Shown: positions 1 through 10,125, numbered from the stretch's first letter. The stretch is DNA of 64,000 nt from a bacterium (GCA_029945665.1 JAQSCZ010000122.1:1868-65867), one strand, 5' to 3'. Notes: a model not told the origin generated them from the sequence alone. Made by a program: numbers and translations.

Positions 1-1657
1 AACCACTGATAAAACATTGTGTGTAAATGCAATATTGACCATAATAACCCACATTGTCAGAAATTAAGTTATCGGTAATATTCTCATCATAATCATAATA
101 AGAACAAATGCCGTATACATAACCTTGGTTACTTGCAGACTTATTTGCAAGGATTTGGTTTCTTTGAATATTAACATAACCATAACTTGGCTGATAAGTG
201 TAAAACAAATCACCCATAGCGATACCGACCATGTAATAGCCGTAAGCTTGGTTTTTTCTAATTATGTTGTCACTCACATTAAGGAAACTGGTATTTGAAT
301 TGTATAAATAGTAACCTTGTATTCCTTGAAAATAATAACCTGCGCTTAAATTATTCTCAATTAAATTTCCACTAATTGAGGTAGCGATACCAGTAGCATT
401 TTGTGGACTGTAGATATAGATACCTTTCCAATAATAACTACCATCGCAATTTTTAATGGTATTATTATTAATTTTATAGGCTAATGCGTAAAATACATAC
501 CAACCATAGTGATTTGCTGAACTATTTGCGGCAGTCACATCATTGTTATCTGCTACGTTATTTGTAATGTCCATATAATAACCGTAGTAAATATAACCAT
601 GGTAATTGTTATATAGAGATGTTAAGTTTTTGGTGGTATTATTAGAAATAGAAAAACGGTTGGTTGTATTATTTAAACCTTGGTTTTGATTCGCCCAAAA
701 TGCATAAGTTGCAGTTTGTGAAGTTGCCGGGGTAGAACCCACAAAAGGCCAATCGTGTAAATTGTTGCCATCTATCTTTAATGAGCGACTTGTTGAATAG
801 CCATAATATGTGTAAATACCATATAGAGATGAAAAACAATTGGCTGAAGTAGCATTTGCTCTTGAAATATCATTGTTCAATACTTGGTTACCATTGGTAT
901 AATACATCCAAACTGCCATGTAATAAAAATTTTGAATGGTGTTGCCAGTGATGGTATTATTTTGTGCGGTATTTGTGTAAGAGGAAGAACTACCAGAACA
1001 GGTGATACCATAAGTTGGTCCAGGGCTGTTTACATTTGTTGTACGCATTAAGTTACCAGAAATTGTATTGTTGTTGCCATAAGTAACAGTGTTAAATGTG
1101 GTAACCGCAGTAGCAGATGATGAAAACGAAATATAGGCTCCACCAGAAGTTGTTCCAGTTGCCATGGCACTAAATTCAATCGTTCCATTTGAAATGGTAT
1201 TGTTATCAGATCCTTTTGAATCAGAACCAATTGTAAATCTGTAACCTTGTGCATACTGAGATGTCGTTGTGTTGCGAACAATTAATTTATCAAAAGTGAA
1301 AAAATCCGCTCCATTAATTAAAATAACAGCATCTGCAATTGAGAAGGCAACAAATTTGCCACCACCGTTGATTGTAACAGTATTGGTGGCAGAAACGCCT
1401 GCAATTACTGGAAAAGCAACTTGAGCAGTTTCAGTAATGTCTGTTTTGACATTCACCACTACAGCTCCGTTAACACCATTGGTTACAATGTTGTTTCGGA
1501 AATCTTGCCAATTGGCAAAGTTAGTTCCACCAGTTGCGGCCGTGTTGTCTATGGTATAAGTACCAGACATTTGGGCCGAGACTGAGCCCATAACACCCAC
1601 AAACACTAGCATAAGCAGTAATTTGAGGCTTTGTTTTAATTTGTACATTTTTTTCAT
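1..1657 (-). CDS. Secreted right-handed parallel beta-helix repeat protein, 3'-truncated by window edge (C-terminus lies beyond position 1)
   Basis: Manual reverse-complement translation shows an ATG at 1655-1657 followed by the signal peptide MKKMYKLKQSLKLLLMLVFVGVMGSVSAQ, and the frame stays open to position 1. The protein has many degenerate N-N-T-I-x-N/G-x-Y beta-helix-like repeats. It is absent from the ORF track because it is edge-truncated. Confidence 0.6.
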   Translation of the reverse strand, partial: MKKMYKLKQSLKLLLMLVFVGVMGSVSAQMSGTYTIDNTAATGGTNFANWQDFRNNIVTNGVNGAVVVNVKTDITETAQVAFPVIAGVSATNTVTINGGGKFVAFSIADAVILINGADFFTFDKLIVRNTTTSQYAQGYRFTIGSDSKGSDNNTISNGTIEFSAMATGTTSGGAYISFSSSATAVTTFNTVTYGNNNTISGNLMRTTNVNSPGPTYGITCSGSSSSYTNTAQNNTITGNTIQNFYYMAVWMYYTNGNQVLNNDISRANATSANCFSSLYGIYTYYGYSTSRSLKIDGNNLHDWPFVGSTPATSQTATYAFWANQNQGLNNTTNRFSISNNTTKNLTSLYNNYHGYIYYGYYMDITNNVADNNDVTAANSSANHYGWYVFYALAYKINNNTIKNCDGSYYWKGIYIYSPQNATGIATSISGNLIENNLSAGYYFQGIQGYYLYNSNTSFLNVSDNIIRKNQAYGYYMVGIAMGDLFYTYQPSYGYVNIQRNQILANKSASNQGYVYGICSYYDYDENITDNLISDNVGYYGQYCIYTQCFISG

Positions 1658-1700
1658 AAAACTTATTTAATTTAATTGATTTTTAAGTATTTTAACTGAA

Positions 1701-1731
1701 CAAATATATCAATCAAATTTTAATAAGCAAA
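1701..1731 (-). promoter_or_regulatory. Candidate Bacteroidetes sigma-A promoter (TTTG-N19-TATATTTG) for the beta-helix gene
   Basis: On the minus strand TTTG (plus-strand coordinates 1728-1731) is followed by a 19-nt spacer and then TATATTTG (1701-1708). The -7 box lies about 44 nt upstream of the ATG at 1657. This matches the Bacteroidetes -33/-7 consensus TTTG / TAnnTTTG. Confidence 0.4.
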
Positions 1732-1774
1732 CGTTTATTAAAAAAAAGTATGAAAAATTTACAATAGCTACATT

Positions 1775-3853
1775 TTAAAATGACAATAGTATAAAATGCT
1801 CAGCGCTTTTATAAGAAGTAGCAAATTTTTTAAAATAATCTCTTTCAAAATTTCGCTTATCAAAAAAACTAATACTAGCGCCATACTTAGATAACTTTGG
1901 AGGAATTGTCATATTTGCTACCAGGCCTTTATGGTATCTATTTACAATTAAAATTCCGTTTTTATGGACATTGTCTTTGAGTATTTTATCTATTGTCAAA
2001 AATCTGTCATAAAACTGAAAGCCTACATTTTTGTCATAAAAAACTGGCGAAGCCTTGACTGAATTTTTTAAATTACATTTCTTAATTCCAGTTATCCCTT
2101 GCTTCCAATAAAATGGTTCGAGAAAAAATTTGATCCCAGCTTCGTTATTTAGAAAAACGCTATCAGAAAACAAATAAACTGTTGTACCATCTATAAAACT
2201 GTAAACATTATGACTCTTGATATGGTGCACCACAATTATTCTTTGACTATCGTGTATGTATTTCTCGTATAAAATATTTGAATAAAACAATATGACTATC
2301 AATGGCAAGTATAGCAACACCCATTTGTATCGGTTGATGTGGAACATCAATATCAAAATTATAATCAAGTATATAGCAAGCATCTGCATGGTATCTATAT
2401 ATAGGCCGCCTACGTATGAATATGGCAACCTATCAATTTGCGTAACCAACCAATTACTAAACTGCAGTAAATATAAAATAATACTGCCAAAAATAATTGC
2501 TATCGAAGGTATAAAACTTAGTACAATAAGGATTATCAATCCTATAAGAATAAGACTGGTAATAGGTATTATTAAAAGATTAGAAAGTATAAAATAATTC
2601 GGAAATTGATGGAAATAAAAAATTCCGATTGGGAAAGTAAGCAATTGCGCTGCTAGGGAAACAGAAATAAGGCCCCAAAGATATTTGTCGATCCAAAATC
2701 TAGGTTTATACCAGTTCTGAATCAAAGGTTGAATAAAAACGATACCAAGCACAGCTAGATAAGACAGCTGAAACCCAATATCTACAATGAATTTTGGATT
2801 ATACGCTAACAAAAGGAAGGCCGAAGCGTATATGTTATTATAAATATTTACTTGATACCTCAATAATTTGCCAATTGATATAAAGCTAAACATAATAGAA
2901 GCTCTTAAAACTGAAGATGAGAGGCCCGTCATAAAAGCATAAAACCAAATTCCAAGCAGTAAAATTATAACTTGTAAAAGCTTACCTCCTTTAAATTTCC
3001 TTAGGGGGGCTGTAAAAAGCGCCAAAACCAAATAAATTATTCCTGCATGCATGCCGCTAACAGCCAAAACATGCAAGGTACCAGTTCGCATAAAAGCTGA
3101 GGTGATATCAGGATCCAGATCGTCCTTGTATCCCATCAAAAGCGCCTCTGCAACACCAGCCTCTTTGGCGCTTTGAATATTTGTTTTAATAATCTTGAGC
3201 ACATGGTTACGCCATTTATTTGCATATTGAAAAATTGATAAGGTATAAATCTTACTAATTCTATGACTTGAAGAATCAGCAAATAATTGGTAACTAATAT
3301 TATGAAAACTTAGGTATCGTTTATAATCAAATTCCTCAGGATTAGAGGGTGGTTTGACAGCAATATATTTTGAGTTAACCCAGAAATGAGATCCTATGGC
3401 AGGCTTTATAATTCCTTGACCCTTTTTCAAATAAAATAAAAGGCTGCCTTGAGCACTCATTGCCTTCCTATTTGAATCAACAACGCCAATGACTTTGGCA
3501 TAGCATCTATAAAATTTATTTTTTTCAGTGACGCCATCATCGACAACAATTTCTAAAAACTTGGATTTTGAGAAGGTCGTAAAATGTTTTGGTTGTGCTT
3601 GCTCATCATAACCATGTGTCCTTAAATAGCCAAGACAGAGCATTACCATCGTTATTAAAACCCCAACATACTTTTGCTCTCTGAATAGATGATTGGAGCT
3701 TCTACTGCTTGTATACAATAGGTATAATGCAAGCGAAAAAAACAGCAAAACAATTGGCAAAACAAAACCAACTGGGCAATAGAGTGAAATGAAAATTCCT
3801 AAAATAAATGGCACCAAAAGCCTGACAAAAGGTATGGCATGCCAACTAAACAT
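1775..3853 (-). CDS. ComEC/Rec2 family competence/DNA internalization membrane protein
   Basis: 692-aa polytopic membrane protein. It has a ComEC-like core, 'LHVLAVSGMHAGIIYLV...' (compare the ComEC LAISGLH motif), and hydrophobic segments throughout. Confidence 0.65.
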   Translation of the reverse strand: MFSWHAIPFVRLLVPFILGIFISLYCPVGFVLPIVLLFFSLALYLLYTSSRSSNHLFREQKYVGVLITMVMLCLGYLRTHGYDEQAQPKHFTTFSKSKFLEIVVDDGVTEKNKFYRCYAKVIGVVDSNRKAMSAQGSLLFYLKKGQGIIKPAIGSHFWVNSKYIAVKPPSNPEEFDYKRYLSFHNISYQLFADSSSHRISKIYTLSIFQYANKWRNHVLKIIKTNIQSAKEAGVAEALLMGYKDDLDPDITSAFMRTGTLHVLAVSGMHAGIIYLVLALFTAPLRKFKGGKLLQVIILLLGIWFYAFMTGLSSSVLRASIMFSFISIGKLLRYQVNIYNNIYASAFLLLAYNPKFIVDIGFQLSYLAVLGIVFIQPLIQNWYKPRFWIDKYLWGLISVSLAAQLLTFPIGIFYFHQFPNYFILSNLLIIPITSLILIGLIILIVLSFIPSIAIIFGSIILYLLQFSNWLVTQIDRLPYSYVGGLYIDTMQMLAIYLIIILILMFHINRYKWVLLYLPLIVILFYSNILYEKYIHDSQRIIVVHHIKSHNVYSFIDGTTVYLFSDSVFLNNEAGIKFFLEPFYWKQGITGIKKCNLKNSVKASPVFYDKNVGFQFYDRFLTIDKILKDNVHKNGILIVNRYHKGLVANMTIPPKLSKYGASISFFDKRNFERDYFKKFATSYKSAEHFILLSF

Positions 3854-3856
3854 GAA

Positions 3857-4660
3857 TTATAAATATCTTCTCTTTACAAGTAGGAAGAATTCTGCCGCTA
3901 AATCTTCATTCTCATTCCAAGCATAGGTCTCTGCAACCTCACTTTCAATGTAATCAGCAGCTATTGCAAAAGAACCAGCTGTTTCAACAGCTAAAATACA
4001 AGATTTGTAAGCGTCGGCATTGCCCTGAAACAACTCATTGATAAACTCAAACTTTTTACTGATTGAAATAGCTTTCACCAATTCTTTAATTGGGGTATCT
4101 TTTAATTTATCCGCTAAATTTACCACAGGCTGTTTAAATTTGGCTAATTTGCCATTCACAGTAGCCTCATCATTATCAATCTCATCCTGTTTAGAAACGA
4201 TTGTGGTTGAAATTGGAGGGCTTAATTTTTCTTGAACTGGTTCTTTTTTGTCCTCTTCAATTGCTGGTTTAGAATTTTTATTTTCAATAGCCTGAGGAAT
4301 TGCATTGTCTTGTACTTCCTTTTTTGTAACTGGAATATTGATGACTGGAATATTGATAACTGGGACAGGCCTTTCCACTTCCACTTCAATTTCTGCTATT
4401 GGTTCAATAATTGGCAAATTATCCTTTGGCGCATCAGGTACTATGACAGGTTCGGATTTAATGATTTTTATTTCGACAGTTTGTTTAGTCTTTGCATTTA
4501 TATCTATCAACTGGGCTTGCTCATAAATATGAATGGCGCCTTGCTTGATGCGATCTTGCACAAACGAAAAATTGCCAATTGCCTCGGCCTCTGTTATAGT
4601 ATCATTAAGAGCATTTATAGATAGCTTTAATGCATTCAAGATTTCAATATTATTTGACAT
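3857..4660 (-). CDS. Hypothetical protein with short tandem PVINI repeat and acidic/Pro-rich linker
   Basis: 267-aa ORF packed 3 nt upstream of the ComEC-like gene. It contains 'PVINIPVINIPV', encoded by a tandem 15-nt DNA repeat near 4330-4360. I did not recognise a family. Confidence 0.4.
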   Translation of the reverse strand: MSNNIEILNALKLSINALNDTITEAEAIGNFSFVQDRIKQGAIHIYEQAQLIDINAKTKQTVEIKIIKSEPVIVPDAPKDNLPIIEPIAEIEVEVERPVPVINIPVINIPVTKKEVQDNAIPQAIENKNSKPAIEEDKKEPVQEKLSPPISTTIVSKQDEIDNDEATVNGKLAKFKQPVVNLADKLKDTPIKELVKAISISKKFEFINELFQGNADAYKSCILAVETAGSFAIAADYIESEVAETYAWNENEDLAAEFFLLVKRRYL

Positions 4661-4671
4661 GGAAGACTGAA

Positions 4672-5208
4672 TTAAAATTTATTCTTCCACATCATACTCT
4701 CCACAGGCTTTATGGTGCGAGTGCTATACTTCGCATTTTTCTTTTTGTTATACATGGTATTTACCTCACCAGCAACCATAAAATAAATCAACTGACCGAT
4801 AGGCATGCCAAAATATACCTTTACTGGCTGTGAAACGCTAATTTCAAGTGTCCATGTATTACAAAATCCAACATCACCTTTTCCTGCTGTTGCATGTATA
4901 TCTATACCTAATCTACCCGTACTACTTTTTCCTTCCAAGAATGGCACATGAGCGTGGGTTTCTGTATACTCTTCTGTGACACCTAAATATAAAGTTCCTG
5001 GATGCAGGACTATGCCTTCTTGAGGTATTTCAAAATGGTCAATTTTATTGTGTCCTTTTGCGTCTAATATTCTGTCTTTGTAGGTAGCTAAATATCTACC
5101 TAAATGCACATCGTAGCTATTAGTTCCTAAACATTCTGGGCGAAATGGCTCAATTAAAATATTGCCATTTTCAATTTCATCTAAAATTTGTTGGTCTGTA
5201 AGTATCAT
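4672..5208 (-). CDS. dcd: dCTP deaminase
   Basis: 178 aa. N-terminus MILTDQQILDEIENGNILIEPF and overall length are typical of the Dcd/dUTPase-fold family. Confidence 0.85.
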   Translation of the reverse strand: MILTDQQILDEIENGNILIEPFRPECLGTNSYDVHLGRYLATYKDRILDAKGHNKIDHFEIPQEGIVLHPGTLYLGVTEEYTETHAHVPFLEGKSSTGRLGIDIHATAGKGDVGFCNTWTLEISVSQPVKVYFGMPIGQLIYFMVAGEVNTMYNKKKNAKYSTRTIKPVESMMWKNKF

Positions 5209-6083
5209 TTTTGTTGTATTTCAAAGCACATAATCATGCGGTCATCACTGCACGAAATAAATCTGTTTATTCCAATCCACAAAATTTTATTGACAGAAGA
5301 TTGATGTGCCTCATATTTTTCGTTGCTAATTACCTTCAATAATTCATGGTTTTCTGACTTCCATAATTTTATTGACTTATCTAAACTGCAAGTTGCGAAA
5401 TAAGTTTGGGTTTCATTAAAACTAATACAATTAATATGGTACCAATGGGCACTTATGATTTTTAGCACTTCAAGATTATCCCATACTTTCAAAACGGCAT
5501 CTCGGCCACCACTTATTAATATATTATTTTCAAAATCGTAATCTAGCGCAAAAATAGACTGATCATGGGCTGTTTGAAACTTTACAATATTAGCTAATTT
5601 ATCAAGTTGCCAAATAATCCCTTCGCTACCAGCAACAAAAACAGTTGTCTCTGTGGCAACCATTTTTCTTAGGCTTTTATTAGATAAATTAGATTGTTTT
5701 TCAATAACAAAATCCTTTGTCAAAACTATAAGAATACCATTTCCATTGGCTAATAAAAATTTATCATACCATACAAGTATATCAAAAATGGCAGAAGTAT
5801 CAAATTGCAATTGATTCACAATTTTTTTAGTCGTCAGATTAAAGACAGTCAATACACCCTTGTTACCACCGCATAGTAAGTTGTCCTTAAATCTGCAAAG
5901 ACTATAGATCGGATATGGGAAGCGGATTAACAATTGCCCGTCAGCCTGTTCCAAATTCCATTTTACAACCATTCCATCTGCACCACTGCTGTAAAATACA
6001 TTGGTATCCTCACCCTTGCAAAGGGTATAAACAGCTTGGCTATGTCCGCTAAAATTTCTTACCTTCGCTACTTGTATTGACAT
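5205..6083 (-). CDS. WD40-repeat protein
   Basis: Repeated WD40 blade endings: GADGMVVKWNL, SGGRDAVLKVWD, SLDKSIKLWK, CSDDRMIMCFE. Overlaps dcd by 4 nt. Confidence 0.7.
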   Translation of the reverse strand: MSIQVAKVRNFSGHSQAVYTLCKGEDTNVFYSSGADGMVVKWNLEQADGQLLIRFPYPIYSLCRFKDNLLCGGNKGVLTVFNLTTKKIVNQLQFDTSAIFDILVWYDKFLLANGNGILIVLTKDFVIEKQSNLSNKSLRKMVATETTVFVAGSEGIIWQLDKLANIVKFQTAHDQSIFALDYDFENNILISGGRDAVLKVWDNLEVLKIISAHWYHINCISFNETQTYFATCSLDKSIKLWKSENHELLKVISNEKYEAHQSSVNKILWIGINRFISCSDDRMIMCFEIQQK

Positions 6084-6711
6084 GCCACTAATATTTGAAA
6101 AAACAATTGATACTGCAAAGAAACTAGCTGTTTGGCAAATAACCGAATCCGATGAAGAACTTTTTGCAATTCATCAATTTTCGATCCGTCATGATTACAC
6201 AAAAAAACGCAATCTAGAACTTGCGGTTTCACAGATACTACTCAATCATTTGCTTGGCTTTAGTGCACATCTTAACTTGACAAAGGATGCCTACGGAAAA
6301 CCTTTTTTAAATAATTCTAATATTGCCATTTCTTTTAGTCATTCAAAACAAATGGTGGCTTGTATTATTGATTTAAACGGCAGCGATGTTGGAATTGACA
6401 TTGAAATAATCAGAGAAAGGATTCAATATATTTCACACAAGTTTCAGTCAACTAGGGATTTTACTATTTTGAATGGAATTTTGTCTAGCCATTTAATTTG
6501 GGGTGGAAAGGAAGTTCTTTATAAAATTTATGCAAAAAAAGAATTGGATTTTATCGACCATCTAAGTGTCAATTTTAATTCTGAGATAAGCCTCACAAAT
6601 AACCAATTTCGAGGAGAAGGCTATGGAACAGTTGATAAAGGACATCACACATCTGTCCACCATTTATTCTATGAAACAATTGGTGAATTTATGTTGGTAT
6701 GGGGCTACTAA
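6082..6711 (+). CDS. 4'-phosphopantetheinyl transferase (Sfp/EntD-type)
   Basis: Motifs 'YGKPF', 'ISFSHS' and 'GIDIEII' match the Sfp-type PPTase signature. Confidence 0.7.
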   Translation: MPLIFEKTIDTAKKLAVWQITESDEELFAIHQFSIRHDYTKKRNLELAVSQILLNHLLGFSAHLNLTKDAYGKPFLNNSNIAISFSHSKQMVACIIDLNGSDVGIDIEIIRERIQYISHKFQSTRDFTILNGILSSHLIWGGKEVLYKIYAKKELDFIDHLSVNFNSEISLTNNQFRGEGYGTVDKGHHTSVHHLFYETIGEFMLVWGY

Positions 6712-6992
6712 GTTCATTGGTAAAAAACTTTCAAAATTACCATATACTATGCGATAGCGTAATAATGCCGAGCCAGAATACAATGCTAAAAAATCATGGA
6801 TTGTAAACCCAGCCATCATATTTGGTTTACTGAGAGACGTAAAAAAAGGAAAATAAAATGGTCGAAAAACTAAACCAATAAATTAATACAATTTAGAAGT
6901 AAAACATAAAATATCAAAATGGTATTCGTTCTGATTTTACTATATTTGCGCCAAGTTATTATAGTATAATTGCTTTCTAATCAGTTAAATAA

Positions 6993-7952
6993 ATGTCATT
7001 CAAATTTAGTGAAATCGGCAAAAAAATAGTATTTATTTTAATTCTAATATTTTGTTGTACCCCTATTGTAGATCCGCCATTGGCGCTATTAATAGGATTT
7101 ATTTTAGCACAAACCATCGGACATCCTTTTTTAAAATGGAATAGCAAAGCCACCAGTTGGTTGCTTAAAATATCGGTTGTTGGTCTTGGCTTTGGCATGA
7201 ATTTGCACCATGCGATTACCGCAGGTAAAGAAGGATTATACTTTACTATTTTCTCAATTACGATTACCATGTTGGCCGGTTGGTTAATAGGAAAATGGCT
7301 GAAAATAGAACATAAAATTTCATACTTAATTTCAAGTGGTACTGCAATCTGTGGAGGAAGTGCGATTGCTGCAGTTTCACCAATTATTAAGGCAGACGAC
7401 AAACAAATGAGTGTAGCACTAGGGACTGTATTTATATTAAATTCCTTAGCGCTATTTATTTTCCCCATTATCGGACATTTATTAGACATGTCTCAGCATG
7501 AATTTGGTATTTGGAGTGCAATAGCTATTCATGATACCAGTTCTGTTGTTGGAGCAGCATCGCGCTTCGATCAATACTTTCCTTCAACTTCCTTGGAAAG
7601 TGCACTTCAAGTTGCTACAACAATAAAATTAGAACGCGCCCTTTGGATTATTCCTCTTTCTATTTTAACCGCATTTTTTACTAAAGGTGAAAATAAAAAA
7701 ATAAGTATACCTTACTTTATTGGATTTTTTATTTTAACAATGGCCATCAGTACATTTGTTCCTCAATTTCAGGCGGCATATAGCGCTATTGTTTTAGTTT
7801 CCAAACAAGGTCTAACGGTTACATTATTTCTAATAGGCGCTGGATTATCTTTAAAGACCATTCAAGCTGTTGGCTTTAAGCCAATGTTACAAGGAATTTT
7901 GCTATGGCTTTTAATCAGTCTTATTTCAATTTTTACTATCCTCACATTTTAA
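6993..7952 (+). CDS. YeiH/UPF0324 family putative sulfate-exporter-type inner membrane protein
   Basis: 319-aa polytopic membrane protein with Gly-rich helices resembling the YeiH family. Confidence 0.55.
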   Translation: MSFKFSEIGKKIVFILILIFCCTPIVDPPLALLIGFILAQTIGHPFLKWNSKATSWLLKISVVGLGFGMNLHHAITAGKEGLYFTIFSITITMLAGWLIGKWLKIEHKISYLISSGTAICGGSAIAAVSPIIKADDKQMSVALGTVFILNSLALFIFPIIGHLLDMSQHEFGIWSAIAIHDTSSVVGAASRFDQYFPSTSLESALQVATTIKLERALWIIPLSILTAFFTKGENKKISIPYFIGFFILTMAISTFVPQFQAAYSAIVLVSKQGLTVTLFLIGAGLSLKTIQAVGFKPMLQGILLWLLISLISIFTILTF

Positions 7953-7965
7953 TTACTTTTGTACA

Positions 7966-8466
7966 ATGGTTCAAGCATTAATAAATGGCAAATCAATAAG
8001 TATTGAATACTCAAATAAAACTGTAAGCCTCGATGGGGTTGAGAACACCTTGAATATTCTAAGTTTGAACAACCATAAAAACTTACATTTACTTTATAAT
8101 AACCATTCGTATTTTATAGAAGTACTAGAATTCAACAACGCTACTAAAACCTATTTACTCGGTTTTGATGGCAAAACATTTGAAGTTGGAATTAAAGACC
8201 GTTTTGACCAGTTGTTGCACAGCATGGGTCTTGATACCGTCAAAAACAGCAAGGTAAATGAGTTAAAAGCTCCGATGCCAGGACTTGTATTAAGTATAAA
8301 AACAGAGATTGGCCAAGCAGTTAAAAAAGGTGATGCTATTTTAATTTTAGAGGCCATGAAAATGGAGAATGTTATTAAATCACCTACAGACGGGACTATT
8401 AAAACAATTCACATTGTTGATAAACAAGCTGTTGACAAGAACCAAATTCTTATTACTTTTGAATAA
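7966..8466 (+). CDS. Biotin/lipoyl-attachment domain protein (biotin carboxyl carrier-like)
   Basis: C-terminal 'AILILEAMKMENVIKSPTDGTIKTIHI' carries the EAMKM biotinylation motif. Confidence 0.7.
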   Translation: MVQALINGKSISIEYSNKTVSLDGVENTLNILSLNNHKNLHLLYNNHSYFIEVLEFNNATKTYLLGFDGKTFEVGIKDRFDQLLHSMGLDTVKNSKVNELKAPMPGLVLSIKTEIGQAVKKGDAILILEAMKMENVIKSPTDGTIKTIHIVDKQAVDKNQILITFE

Positions 8467-8482
8467 TTACAATTTAATAATC

Positions 8483-9088
8483 ATGAAAACAAAAATCTAC
8501 CTACTATCCTTTCTAACATTGACATTGCTTATCTCCTCATGCGGAAGTTTATCAATTTCCCAAAAACGCTATAGTAGGGGTCTCAATATTGACCTTTTTG
8601 CTTCAAAGGATGCAAAAACGATGGAACAAAAGGCCAAAGTTGCAACAAAAAAATCGGCTAATAATAATCAAGTCAACATTGCTGAAAATATTTCAAATAA
8701 CACCCCAAAATTAAACAATACTGTAGTTGATTTTTCTATAAAATCAGATAAAATTGAAGCAAAGCCGATTAAACTTAATAAATCCTTAATAAAAAATGTA
8801 AGACAACTTAGGAATACAACACAACAAATTTCTAAAGTTTCGAATCAAACATTTAACAATTCTGAGAAAAAATCAGCCTATTCAGCTTCACCAAAAGAAA
8901 ACACGGAAACTGAGACTATTTTGTTAGTTATACTTGCCTTGTTCCCAATCTTATGTTTAATCGCAGTATACTTATACGACGGTGGTATCACCACAAATTT
9001 TTGGATTGATTTGCTTTTACATTTAACTTTCATAGGTGCAATTATTTTTGCGCTACTGGTTGTTCTAGATGTGATCGATTTATCTTAA
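8483..9088 (+). CDS. Hypothetical lipoprotein with N/K-rich low-complexity region and C-terminal TM helices
   Basis: ATG at 8483 gives MKTKIYLLSFLTLTLLISSCGS (lipobox). It is in frame with the longer track ORF 8369.., which I reject because it would overlap the upstream gene. Confidence 0.5.
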   Translation: MKTKIYLLSFLTLTLLISSCGSLSISQKRYSRGLNIDLFASKDAKTMEQKAKVATKKSANNNQVNIAENISNNTPKLNNTVVDFSIKSDKIEAKPIKLNKSLIKNVRQLRNTTQQISKVSNQTFNNSEKKSAYSASPKENTETETILLVILALFPILCLIAVYLYDGGITTNFWIDLLLHLTFIGAIIFALLVVLDVIDLS

Positions 9089-9138
9089 GATATATCTAAA
9101 AATAAGAGGGTTTGTCATATTTACTTTGTCTATATAAT

Positions 9139-9175
9139 ATAATTGTATTATAATTGTAAATTATAATACAATTAT
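9139..9175. promoter_or_regulatory. Perfect 16-bp inverted repeat (ATAATTGTATTATAAT-N5-ATTATAATACAATTAT) overlapping the oxyR start codon; candidate operator
   Basis: Read directly from the sequence: the arms are 9139-9154 and 9160-9175, separated by TGTAA. The oxyR ATG is at 9174-9176. LysR-type regulators typically autoregulate via dyad sites. Confidence 0.4.
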
Positions 9176-10112
9176 GACTATTACGCAATTAGAATACATC
9201 ATAGCCCTTGATACCCATAGGAATTTTGTTAATGCTGCTGAAAGTTGCTTTGTCACGCAACCTACCCTTAGCATGCAAATACAGAAACTAGAAGATGAGT
9301 TAGGTGTTAAGATTTTTGATCGCAGCAAGCAACCTGTCATACCAACCCATATTGGTGAAGGTATCATAGCCCAAGGCAGAAATGTTTTGAAAGAACACAG
9401 CAAAATTATTGAACTCATTCAAGATGAAAAAGGTATTATAAAAGGAAATATTAGATTGGGAATCATTCCAACTGTAGCTCCTTACTTAATACCACGATTT
9501 CTAATAAAATTTTTGAGTAAATATCCTGATGTCAATTTAATTGTCAATGAATTAACAACAGAGCAAATAATTTATCAATTAAAAAACGATTTGCTTGATT
9601 GTGGCATTATGGCTTCGCCAATTAAGGATAAAAACTTAAACGAAGAAACTTTGTACTATGAAGAGTTTGTTACATATGTTTCTCCATCTAATAAATTATG
9701 GAAGAAAACAACCGTAAAACCAGAAGATTTAGACTTGGCTGATATATGGATTTTAACCGAAGGTCATTGCATGCGCAACCAAGTAATAAACATCTGTGGC
9801 GAACGAAAAAAAGATGGTTTAAAAGCCCGTTTTGATTACCAAACAGGCAGTGTTGAGACTTTGAAAAGAATTGTTGATCAGGATGATGGAATCACAATTT
9901 TGCCTGAATTAGCCATTTCAGAATTTGGTCCCGATGAAATCGATAAGGTTAGATACTTTAAATTCCCAGAACCTGTAAGGGAAATCAGTATTTTCACTCA
10001 CCGCCATTTTGTAAAAAAGAAACTAATCAAAACTTTAATGGATGAAATTATTTCTAATGTGCCAAATAAAATGCGCAAGAAAGAAAAAAGAGATGTTGTT
10101 AAGATTCACTAA
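9174..10112 (+). CDS. oxyR: LysR-family hydrogen-peroxide sensor/regulator OxyR
   Basis: The N-terminal HTH 'SCFVTQPTLSMQIQKLEDELGV' and 'GIIPTVAPYLIP' align with E. coli OxyR. The redox cysteine pair is conserved in 'EGHCMRNQVINICGE' (compare the GHCLRDQ...C context of Cys199/Cys208). Confidence 0.8.
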   Translation: MTITQLEYIIALDTHRNFVNAAESCFVTQPTLSMQIQKLEDELGVKIFDRSKQPVIPTHIGEGIIAQGRNVLKEHSKIIELIQDEKGIIKGNIRLGIIPTVAPYLIPRFLIKFLSKYPDVNLIVNELTTEQIIYQLKNDLLDCGIMASPIKDKNLNEETLYYEEFVTYVSPSNKLWKKTTVKPEDLDLADIWILTEGHCMRNQVINICGERKKDGLKARFDYQTGSVETLKRIVDQDDGITILPELAISEFGPDEIDKVRYFKFPEPVREISIFTHRHFVKKKLIKTLMDEIISNVPNKMRKKEKRDVVKIH

Positions 10113-10125
10113 ATTGAGATTTTCC

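Noticed and set aside
2292-2597. Short opposite-strand ORFs nested inside long genes. Examples: 2292-2597, 4038-4624, 6977-7489, 8151-8357, 9161-9418, 10598-10783, 15527-15736, 18114-18341, 26683-27109, 33361-33620, 41630-41887, 43286-43546, 56648-57755, 58433-58855.
   Set aside because: Each lies wholly within a longer ORF that has clear family similarity. They are low-complexity, Leu/Ile/Phe-rich antisense translations of AT-rich coding DNA with no motifs.
6712-6992. A 280-bp intergenic region upstream of the YeiH-like transporter as a possible riboswitch or sRNA.
   Set aside because: I could not identify conserved riboswitch cores or convincing stem-loops by eye. It is AT-rich and promoter-like only.
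8369-8482. Upstream extension of the lipoprotein ORF (track start 8369).
   Set aside because: It would overlap the BCCP-like gene by ~100 nt. An ATG at 8483 gives a canonical lipoprotein signal peptide directly after the upstream stop.
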